Shown: piece after piece, positions 24,498 through 33,787 of the stretch
Layout: the number at the start of each line of letters is the position of its first letter
Position numbering within the stretch: position 1 is the stretch's first letter
Assembly: GCA_051942245.1 (NCBI GenBank)
Contig: JAVECL010000216.1
Coordinates: 1 to 35,274 of the forward strand
Origin: Trypethelium eluteriae
Lineage: Eukaryota
Direction: 5' to 3'
Length of the DNA: 35,274 bases
Translations under genes and position numbers: made by a program
Notes under the pieces: generated by a model
The model's input: the letters and a program-made list of their open reading frames with translations, nothing else
What the model was told of the DNA's origin: nothing
Database searches by the model: none

Positions 24498-26198
24498 ATG
24501 CCTGCGCCTATCGCAGCCAAAGGTAAGTGCAATCCAGGCACGATGCACTTCCCGCTGCCGTGCCGCCCCCACTCAGCTGTTCAGGCAGCCACAAAACTGC
24601 CAACAACAATGGCGTCTAACCGCAGTCCAGGTATTATCATCGCTGCAACAGTTCTCGTTGCTGCAGGCGTTGCCATCTATGAAACTAATCCTCAACTTCG
24701 AGCTTGGCTCGAGGAATCCCGACGAAAGATTGCTCTCGCACTGCAGAACCTCGGACCGGACTCTCAAAATGCGTCCCGACGAAATCAAGAGAATGAAGAG
24801 GATCGTGAACGAAGACAATGGTTTGAAGAGGGGCTTGAAGCCGAGATGAGGCGTCAGGGTTGGAATGGAGAAGTCTTTCAGCGGCCGGGAATGGAAGGCG
24901 TGAATATGGAGCTCCGTCGACGAAGGGCACGAGGTCCTACGTCCTCGCGTTCGGCGAGTCAGAGCTTCGACAATTTGTTGAGTGAAGACGGCAGTCTAAG
25001 GCGCGAACATCACGCGGCTACTTCCAGCTCGAGTGGGTCCAAAGGTTTTGAACGTGGCGCTGCAGCAGCAAACCCATTCAGCGACGAATTCGAGGTCACA
25101 GACGAGAAGAGCCAGATGTTATTCGATCAAGACTTGATCGGCGCCGACCAAGACGACGTGTTAGAGCATGAAAAAGAAGCAATTATTGGCAGGTCACGAG
25201 AGAGCACGGCGACGTTGCGAGGAGACGAAAAGCAGGAGGCTCTTATCGATGTGAGCGAAGGGCCCAGCCAGCCTCAACCAAGTGGTGCAAAGGCTTTCTT
25301 CGACAGTATGCTACAAAGCATCATTCCTGCTGCGAAAGCACCAAATGAGGAGGATGAGTTCGAAAGGCAGATGCGCAATGCGATTGAAGCCAGTCTTCAG
25401 GATACTCACAGCGACTCGAGCATGCTCAATGCAGACGAAGATGCTGACCTCAAAGCTGCCATCGCAGCCTCGTTACAAGATGCTAAGTCTTCGGAAGAGT
25501 CTACAAGCAAAGGCAAAGCCCCAGAGGCTGAGAAAACTCATGATCCACAGCCTCTAGCCAGTCTCAGCCAACCCAACCCCTGGTCCGAACTCTCCGCATC
25601 ATCAGCCTCCTTCCACTCCGCGCACGGCGCCTTAGACTCCTACACGGTCTCCACTCCTACAGCTTCTCAGCCTTCCGATACCGCACCCATAAGTGACTCT
25701 CGTTTCCCCGAGATGTCCCAATCCACTCACCACGCTCTCACTCTTCCCATCCCTCCAACCCACACCGGCGAAACTGAAGACCTCTACTCCCTCACTCCCG
25801 CCGGGGCTGAAGCCCAGACCCCGACCTCCGCGTCCTTCATCACCTCTCCCTCGGACTCCCGCCCCTCGACTCCCGCTCTCTCCGAGCCCTTCTCCACCTT
25901 CACACCCTCCGAACCTGAGGACGCTGTCCCGCTCGCACATCCCAACCAATACCAGCAATCTATGTCGCAGGTCGTCACTGCGATCTCGCCGCTGGGAGAA
26001 AGGAGCGAGGCGGATGCGATGGAGCGCCGCGAGGAAGAGATGAGCGAGGTGAGTGGCTGGAGCGAGGTGGAGGGCGCGTCGGGCATCGAGACGCCAGGGG
26101 ATTGGACGGATGTCGAGAGTGAAGCGGAGGGGATGAGTGAGGATGGTGAACAGGTGCATGGGAGAGCTGGGCAGCAAGGGGCGCAAGCGCGGTTGTGA
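24498..26198 (+). CDS. Signal-anchored protein with two ubiquitin-interacting motifs (UIM); exons 24498-24522 and 24631-26198
   Basis: MPAPIAAK|GIIIAATVLVAAGVAIYE forms an N-terminal TM after removing GTAAGT..CTAAC..CAG (24523-24630). UIM-like EEDEFERQMRNAIEASLQD and DEDADLKAAIAASLQD. Acidic C-terminal tail with W-S/T-E/D-V-E repeats. Confidence 0.85.
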   Translation: MPAPIAAKGKCNPGTMHFPLPCRPHSAVQAATKLPTTMASNRSPGIIIAATVLVAAGVAIYETNPQLRAWLEESRRKIALALQNLGPDSQNASRRNQENEEDRERRQWFEEGLEAEMRRQGWNGEVFQRPGMEGVNMELRRRRARGPTSSRSASQSFDNLLSEDGSLRREHHAATSSSSGSKGFERGAAAANPFSDEFEVTDEKSQMLFDQDLIGADQDDVLEHEKEAIIGRSRESTATLRGDEKQEALIDVSEGPSQPQPSGAKAFFDSMLQSIIPAAKAPNEEDEFERQMRNAIEASLQDTHSDSSMLNADEDADLKAAIAASLQDAKSSEESTSKGKAPEAEKTHDPQPLASLSQPNPWSELSASSASFHSAHGALDSYTVSTPTASQPSDTAPISDSRFPEMSQSTHHALTLPIPPTHTGETEDLYSLTPAGAEAQTPTSASFITSPSDSRPSTPALSEPFSTFTPSEPEDAVPLAHPNQYQQSMSQVVTAISPLGERSEADAMERREEEMSEVSGWSEVEGASGIETPGDWTDVESEAEGMSEDGEQVHGRAGQQGAQARL

Positions 26199-27032
26199 TG
26201 GAAATGGGAGGGCGTTGGTTATCCAGGGCGTCCAGATAAAGAGGTGTGTGGATATTGAGACTCCTGTATGTAGACCCCCGGGCTGTAAGCTGGAATCGGC
26301 ATTGTGGCGTTTGGGAGCTCGAAGATGGGAATACGTTGCTTGTGATTGAGAGGGGCCAAAGATATCGACAGCATCTGAGCCATAAATCGTGTACGATTCG
26401 ACTCGTTCAACATGGAGAAATGCCTACTACGGAAGCATGTCCTCTCCAGCCGTGACTCTGTTCCGCCTCCTTGTTAATGCGTGTAAGACGTGTCTGTCAC
26501 CGACTCAACATGCCATAGATGCTTTCCTTTTCTCAACAAGTGCATAAGGTAGCTAAAGGTGCGGCAGGAGCGGTGTGACCAGCGAGTCACTCCTGGAACA
26601 TGCTCAAACAGAATGAACGTGTCAACACGGGCTCACTGATCAACGGGTGAAGTGTAAGAGACTCTCCGGGTTGATGGACGAGGATCGAAAGGAAAGAGAT
26701 TCAATGAGAACCAAAGAAGTCTTTTCGAAGGTAGATGGCACCAGGGTTGACAAAACCAATGTCATCTACTCGATCGCTGAATCCCCTTTACCATTCCCGC
26801 CTTAGTATACCCGAGGACGATTTTTCTACTTCCGGAGCTCTTACATTGTAGGACATGTCTAACTTATTAGAAGGTAAATAAAATCTAAGTTATCGGAGCG
26901 CCAATGAAATTTAACTGGCATAAAATATCGTGGAGGCGGTAGTAGCGAGACCTAAAGGTATCAGCAGCATTACTGAAGCCCATCGTAAGTTTAAAATGTT
27001 TACGAGATGAACCCCAACAACCATCTTGAATC

Positions 27033-29026
27033 TCAAATCGTATAGCTGAGCAGCTCTCTCATAACTCCAAAGATGTGTTGGATGTCGGCCGTTTTCGGAT
27101 TCACAAGATTCGCCCACACCATCCTCATGTGCGCCCTTTTACTCTTCGGCGCCAATTCCATGAACCGTGCTTCAAGATATTTCATGTACTCATACTCTAG
27201 ATCAAGCTCGTCTTTAAAGCTGAAAGGAACATACGGAGCATCCGGAAAGCCGGGAAATCCCGGAGGGCCCCGATCGCTCGCAAGGCCATACTCGTTGGGT
27301 GAGTGATACACTAACTCTTTGTATAATTGATCCTGGTGCGTGAAGACAATCACGAAGCGCCAGGACTCGCAATACTCACTGTTGAAGAGTGACTCCAAGA
27401 GCTTGCAACTCTCAAGCATGTGGCTCGATTTCCTGTCTTCCGGCAAGCATTTATTGTAACCGGTAGCGTCCACGAGGAAAAATACCAAGTGTATGTCGTA
27501 CATTGTATGGTCCCACTTCTTTCTTTCTGCTCTTGTTCCTCCAACTTCGAAGAACTCATACGGTTCACCATCAAATTTGAGACTGGTCCGATGCACGCCG
27601 GTTGTTTTCAATCCTGTCTTCAAGATATCTTCAAGACTCGGCTGATATCCCTGTGCGGTCAAACGTCTTATCTCATTGACCCAGTACGAAATGTTGGGGT
27701 CGGGATGGAAGTCGAATCCTCTTCGATGATGACAACGCTGTACGCCCAGGTCTGACCATAGTGCTTCTATCGCTTGGACAATATCGAGAGACAGCTCTTT
27801 TCGACCCTCAGACTGCGTCGACAACTTTTCTGCGTGAGGCATGTTGGTTTCGTTTTCTAGACGTATACCATGTTCATCCATCGTGATCAATGTCTTTGTA
27901 AGTTCGTCCATAATGTTGCGGCAAATGATATCCTTCCATTTGATTCGCTCTTCTGGAGAAAAGTTATGCACACCACCATCCTCCAGGATCTTGAATCCTT
28001 TCAATAAAATGCTCTTGCCACTGTTGTTAGTGCCTGCAAGGAAAATATTTCTGCGCTGCCTTCGGGGTCTAGGGGGCCTTCGGAGTCCGTTCTCCCTTTG
28101 CAGGTATTCTGCATTTTCTGGATCTCGCCGCTTGTGCTGTAAATCGCGGGTGTTTGGCTCTCTGATACCCAGCGATGACCTTAGACCCCGGAGTCGTCGC
28201 TCTTCCGAAGCATTACCCCCAGGCTTAGAGTCTGGAAACAGATCGAGATGTGACCTAGCAGTAGAATTTTCTCGGTTTTCGTCTTGCCTTCCCTTCGACC
28301 GAATCAGCTGCTTTAGATGAGATCGCTGAACAGCTTGATATATATTCGATGACAAGAGTATTGAGTCAAAGTCAAATCGCGAGCTTAGCGCGTTAGTGTC
28401 TTCAGAGAGAAGGCTTGCATTATCATAACAAGAAGTATCGTCAAACCCTCTAATGGAGGAGGTGCGATCACGTGCAAGACGAAGAATGGTTTGACCGTCG
28501 CTTTCAGTAATGATCTTTTCCTGCTCCAAGAACGTTTTACTGTTGAACTTTAGCAGCGCCCTTTGCACGATCTCAAGGGGCATTACCATTGCAAGGCCTG
28601 TAATAAAAGAGTGAGGGCATTGACCTGGCGGTCAAGAAGTGACAAGTAGTCAACCAATTCCTTTTCAGTCCACAGAAACGACACTTTCCTGCTGAGATCT
28701 ACCTGACCTTCGCCTATGCCTTCAATTCGATCTAGACGACTCTCAAGAGCCTTGATCAAAGGATCGAAGCAATCTAGCGCATCTCCTACTTGAGTCGCAA
28801 GCTTTCTATATCGAGTATCGGTCGTAAGATCCCGCGCGGCCCAGACGGAAAGTTGATCCAGTGCTGCCTGTACGGTACATAGTTGGCCTGTCAGGGTCGT
28901 GACCAAGAAAGGCACGTCCCGAAACTTGGTCTTTAGAGTACTCAATCTTCGAATACTTCTTGTCACAATGTCTGCTATACCAACAACCGAACCGATTATT
29001 CCCACAATAGACGCTGGATCCATCAT
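27033..29026 (-). CDS. HeLo-like (fungal STAND N-terminal) domain fused to a degenerate heterotrimeric G-protein alpha domain (~648 aa); exons 29026-28587 and 28539-27033
   Basis: N-terminus MDPASIVGIIGSVVGIA..L..QL..LQALQ|C is HeLo-like. A 47-nt intron GTAATG..GCTAAA..CAG fuses the two ORFs in frame. G-alpha motifs are GTNNSGKS, ALWSDLGVQ, YQPSLEDIL..KTTG, EVGGTRAERKKW and FFLVD..YN..L.ED. Confidence 0.85.
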
Positions 29027-30085
29027 CAGTCAGATGTACCTTCATTGTGGAGGTGGAGATGATCGGAGACATTGATGAGAATGAGGGCGGAATGACCGCT
29101 CATCGGTGGATTCAGCCTCGTCACAGAGAATGATAAGTAAGGTATGCCACGCCTCGCCTCGAAGGCATATCTTGTGCAATTGGTTGGTCTTCTTACAGCA
29201 TGCTACTGACAGGGATCGGAAACATAGCTGCATAGAATAATGAATACATGAAGCCGCATATGGATTGAATAGCATAATTATCTGCATAGTATCCATGTTT
29301 GGCTAATTAGGCTCGATACTTGCTGAATTGGGCTTAATGATAGCCCAGTTGGGTTTAATCTACACTATTTTTGTTCCTGCTTAGATCTCTTATGTTTTTA
29401 TGAACTCTATGACAAGAGGGGTATAAATCAAACCCAACATACTCTAGTCAGTAAAGTAGTGCGTACGAGAGCTACTACGAGAGTAGAAGCGATGAAAAGG
29501 ACGAGCAAGGCGAGTAGAGTTCTGAGGAAGGGAGATTTAAAGCGAGCGTGGTAGAGTAAGTGTCGAGTTACTTTGAGGAAAAGTGTCAGTCGTTGGAATC
29601 GATTCAAGTCTGTAGAGCCGCAGCGGAATGGAGTAAGGACTCTTTTCACCTCTTGATAATAAAAGTAAAGCGCCTGACCTTTATAATAGCTAGTAGCTTC
29701 AAGGTCTTTTGAATGCAGTTATCGATTGCCCAATGGCTTTGTACCGCAGATAAGGTAAATCAATTGTCTTTTTTTTTGCATCCATTTTCCGAAAAATTAA
29801 GTACTCTACTCTATTGGCTGGTGTTGTGGTACTTTCGATACCACTTGAAATTTAACTTTCTATGGTACAGCTTCAAGCGCCTCCAGCTATTAGAATCATA
29901 ATCACTCCCCATTAGCCTTTATAATTATGATTGAGCCTAAAGACAAGGATTAAATTTGCCCGTTAATTACAATAATCGCTCCGCCAGAATTGCACAAAAG
30001 AATTGATTAGAAACAAAACCATCTCTATACATCCATTATGGGTCAAAAATATCCGAGTACATTTGCGAAGCAAATCTGACCACTC

Positions 30086-33000
30086 TTAATCTCCATCTGA
30101 TTCCGTCCACTCACTCCCAGTAGCACCATACACCACTTTCGCTTTTCTGCTTTCCCCCTCTTTTTTCATCTTCAAATACTCCAACCAATCTGTGGGAGTG
30201 CTCATCTCCTCACCAAGTCCCGCCAACCCATCACCTTCCCTCCATCCCCTCCACTCCCCCAGCCCAGCCAGATGTCTCATCGTCGGTCTACCGTGCGGAC
30301 AATTCCATGGCTTATCCAATCCACTGAGGTGCCGTACCACTCTCTGCATCTGAGTGTGTGTCAAGGTGCGCCCAACCATGATACTCCCGCGACACGCACG
30401 CATGGCAAACATCTTGCGGACCTTGCCGGGCCGCGGGATCTCGATGCCGTCATTGGGCTTGGAATCCGTCTTACGGAGAGTATTGGAGGCGGCCGTGAAC
30501 CCTATTTGCGAGCTTTGAATTCCCGTCGTGGAACCGTGCCATTCGCGAAGCAGAACCAGTAGCTCTTCGAGATCAGAAAGCGTGAAGGTGACTTCCCTGC
30601 TTATGGGTAGTCCAAGAAGCTTTGTACGTCGACCGACAGAGATGTCCTCGGCTTCGGTGTCTACCTCGACGAGAAAGCCGTTGCGAGCGAGAGCATTAGG
30701 ATGTTCGAGAATTGTTTCCTCTTCGATAGCAGTCAGTTCGAGAGTCAGTGGATGGACAAGGCGTTGGTTCTGAACGATCGTCGTCCGCTGGAGGCGCTCA
30801 AAATTGTATTTCTCGTCTGATGCATGTTGGTCGATGATGAATAGTTCATCGGAAGTATCAGACGATGTCGAAGGTCGTAGCGCGACAATGAAGCCTAGGT
30901 TGAATTGGCCGATGACTGCCATTTGATCAAAATCCGATTTAGAGACGGTGAGCGAGAGACGCTCCTCCGCAGATCCGACGTTTATGTCCTCATCCCTTGC
31001 GGTGGTACGACGTAGCACATGGTCGAGGGATTCAAGGGCGGCGCTCAGTCGAGCCTGCTGGTGGTCAATACGTTCGATTGTAGTCTCAAGATTTCGGATT
31101 AGCGAGAGTGTAGAGGTCTTTTGATTTCGTCCTTTCAGCACTTGAGCCGCACGCTTCATATTGTCTTCAGTTGGCTTGGCAACTGCTTCTTCTGCTCCCT
31201 GGATGAGTTGCGCTACTTTTGCGTCTTCACGAGCTTTCTTCTCTACATCATCGATATATTCGCCATCAGATGCATCCTCATCAGCACTTGCTCTCGGTAA
31301 TTCTTCAGGACCAGATAAATGTAGACTCGGCAGATCACCACCTTCACCTTCCGAAGAGTCTGTCGCTTCTTGGAACGACGACGGCTCTTCGTCTTCTTCT
31401 TCTCCACCGACATCAAGACTGTCACTCTCAACATCTTTCATTCGACCATGTCGCTTCGCCGCCGGGAGGCTGGATCCTGCCCTGGACTCCGCATCATCAG
31501 CAGCGGAGGAACCAGCCTCAGATCCGCCCTCGGAGACACCATCATGTTTTTGGGCACGAACCAACCCGAGATCCTCTTCCGCTGAATCATCCTGGATTGT
31601 CTGGTCATCATCTATCAGAGTTCCCGGTGCAGAAAATGCTCGTAAACTCTTGCTAAAGGGCGTGATAGGAGACGTGCTCTTGGTTGAATCTTTGAAATAA
31701 TGTGTGCGGGGCTTTTTTGCGGAACTACTTGGACCGATAGTGGTGGTCGTTGTAATATCGCCAATGGTAATGGTGGCCTCCTCGATAGGCCTCCTTTTGG
31801 GTCGCATACGATCAAAGGCATTCTGCACAGGACCCGGAGACGCCCTTCGAGAACCGCTTGATAGGGAGGTGATCGGTTCCTCGTCTTCCGGAGTAAGTTC
31901 TAACTCAGCAGCTTCTGCTTTCCGGCGCTTTGCCTGCTGGCTAGCCATTCGGTCATTGAAATCCTGCACTGCATTTGGGACCCTTGGTGGATTGGTCGGC
32001 CCAGCAGGATATCCAGCAAAATTCTCAGCTGGCTTTTCCACATTATCCTCGATGCTCTTCTCTCGGCGATGCTCAGGATCTACCACTTCTCTGCCAGCCT
32101 CCTGCATATCATGATCTGTGCTCCTTTCATGATATTCGGTAAGGCCTGGGAGACAGGGTTTTTCCTTTGGCTGATCTGCGTGTAATGACATTGAACGAGA
32201 TTGATCAACCTGAGAAATCACGTTGCGGCGAGCGAATTTTTCAATAAGGTTCACCGAAGGGTTTTCCGGGGTACTCCATGTGTCTAGACTGCTAGCCTCT
32301 CTTGATTGAGAGGTATCAGCGTCGCTCTCACTGTTCTTCGCAGATCCGAGCTCGGGCGGTCTGCTCGGACCTTGCTCGACAACAGCTTGTTGATTTACGG
32401 TCAAGGGTTTGAAAGCTGGTATTTTCTGAGCCGGTAATTGAGACAATGGAACACTCTGGTCGTGCGACTCGAACAGTCGAGTTAGGGAGGTCTTCATATT
32501 CTCCAACAACGTCGTCTGATCATGAAGGAGAATTGTTCGCTTGTCTGGAGATACGTTGACATCATAGGCATTCGTGTCTAGCTCGAGATTCGCAAAGATG
32601 AAGGGAGACTGAGAGACGTTGAAGGATTTATAAACTTCATTGAAAGCCTTTGTGACCTGCGGAAGCGCACAAGGACGCGAATTGACGAAAAACATTTGCC
32701 TGTCTGGAGTTTGACGGCCCTCACCAAATACTGGACGCGAGATGTGCCCAACAACTTGAACCTCTCTAGAATCAGTGTCACTCTGCATCCTCCAGCTTCT
32801 AGCCCCTTGGATAGGCGCGTTACTGGGTTCAAGCTCCAACGTAAGATCCAACGGGATCAGAGCTGGCAAAGTCTTTGCGCCGTAGATGTTTGCAATATTC
32901 TCCTTTGTAGTAGAGTTCATCTTAGTGGAAAAGACAGTGACCTTCTTGTTCTTAATCATTTGATTGCTGACGATGAATCGTACACCAGTACTGATACATG

Positions 33001-33544
33001 CATACGCATGCAAAAGATTCAAGACTTTGCCATACTCCCTCTTGACATTCTTCTCAAGCTCCTTTCGTCGTACCGGCAAGTTCCGAAATATGTCTTCGAC
33101 AGCAACAGTAGTGCCTTTTTGGCTTGCAATAACGGAAGTAGCCCTGAGCTTCCCAGAAGTCTCAAAATCCAGTCGCGTCCCTTTCGAGCCATCCTTTTCT
33201 TGTGCGGTCCTAACGTGAAAACTGGAAAGGGCGCACAGGGAAGAAAGAGCCTCACCGCGAAAACCAAAGGTCTGTAGAGAAGAAAGATCCTCGTAAGATG
33301 ATAGCTTGGAAGTATAGTGCTTAAGGGCTACCGTCTCGTAATTGTCCGGGTTAATACCCTCGCCGTTGTCTTGAACCTCGATGGAATCCAAGCCATGGTT
33401 CTTAAATCGTACATCAATAGATGTTGCGTGGGCGTCCAGGCTATTTTCTACAAGCTCCTTGACAACGGAACACAGATCGACGATCACTTGTCCGGACTGG
33501 ATCTGGTGAATGGATCGACCCTCAATGGGCTTGATCGTGGCCAT
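30086..33544 (-). CDS. PMS1: DNA mismatch repair protein PMS1 (MutL-alpha endonuclease subunit; PMS2 orthologue), intronless
   Basis: GHKL ATPase motifs VVKELVENSLDA, DNGEG and TFGFRGEALSSL, plus DVNVSPDKR. Endonuclease motifs DQHASDEKYNFE, ACR and WNCPHGRPTMRH. Confidence 0.97.
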   Translation of the reverse strand: MATIKPIEGRSIHQIQSGQVIVDLCSVVKELVENSLDAHATSIDVRFKNHGLDSIEVQDNGEGINPDNYETVALKHYTSKLSSYEDLSSLQTFGFRGEALSSLCALSSFHVRTAQEKDGSKGTRLDFETSGKLRATSVIASQKGTTVAVEDIFRNLPVRRKELEKNVKREYGKVLNLLHAYACISTGVRFIVSNQMIKNKKVTVFSTKMNSTTKENIANIYGAKTLPALIPLDLTLELEPSNAPIQGARSWRMQSDTDSREVQVVGHISRPVFGEGRQTPDRQMFFVNSRPCALPQVTKAFNEVYKSFNVSQSPFIFANLELDTNAYDVNVSPDKRTILLHDQTTLLENMKTSLTRLFESHDQSVPLSQLPAQKIPAFKPLTVNQQAVVEQGPSRPPELGSAKNSESDADTSQSREASSLDTWSTPENPSVNLIEKFARRNVISQVDQSRSMSLHADQPKEKPCLPGLTEYHERSTDHDMQEAGREVVDPEHRREKSIEDNVEKPAENFAGYPAGPTNPPRVPNAVQDFNDRMASQQAKRRKAEAAELELTPEDEEPITSLSSGSRRASPGPVQNAFDRMRPKRRPIEEATITIGDITTTTTIGPSSSAKKPRTHYFKDSTKSTSPITPFSKSLRAFSAPGTLIDDDQTIQDDSAEEDLGLVRAQKHDGVSEGGSEAGSSAADDAESRAGSSLPAAKRHGRMKDVESDSLDVGGEEEDEEPSSFQEATDSSEGEGGDLPSLHLSGPEELPRASADEDASDGEYIDDVEKKAREDAKVAQLIQGAEEAVAKPTEDNMKRAAQVLKGRNQKTSTLSLIRNLETTIERIDHQQARLSAALESLDHVLRRTTARDEDINVGSAEERLSLTVSKSDFDQMAVIGQFNLGFIVALRPSTSSDTSDELFIIDQHASDEKYNFERLQRTTIVQNQRLVHPLTLELTAIEEETILEHPNALARNGFLVEVDTEAEDISVGRRTKLLGLPISREVTFTLSDLEELLVLLREWHGSTTGIQSSQIGFTAASNTLRKTDSKPNDGIEIPRPGKVRKMFAMRACRGSIMVGRTLTHTQMQRVVRHLSGLDKPWNCPHGRPTMRHLAGLGEWRGWREGDGLAGLGEEMSTPTDWLEYLKMKKEGESRKAKVVYGATGSEWTESDGD

Positions 33545-33787
33545 ATCAAGCCATGGTGGAAAGGCGTGAGCTGGGACGCGACTTGAGACGCGTCTGGTCT
33601 ATGAAAGTTTTGCCGCCTGACTCTTACCAAAGCGGGGACCCACGTCACCCCACTAATTAGGTCGGGCGAGGTAAAGAAACCGCCAGACCTCCAAACGCTG
33701 TCACGCCGTACAAACACTGCCTCCTAGGCCATGATTATGCTGTGTTAAGAGGGTGTAAGGGTTCGGAACTGCTCGACCTCGTTCACC
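33545..33787. promoter_or_regulatory. Short bidirectional promoter/5' UTR region with MCB-like elements and a PMS1 uORF
   Basis: 243 bp between divergent ATGs. ACGCGA at 33576-33581 and ACGCGT at 33588-33593. Minus-strand ATG-GCT-TGA at 33554-33546. Confidence 0.6.

Noticed and set aside
30272..33717. Antisense and overlapping ORFs across PMS1
   Set aside because: Shadows of the long PMS1 frame; no motifs of their own.
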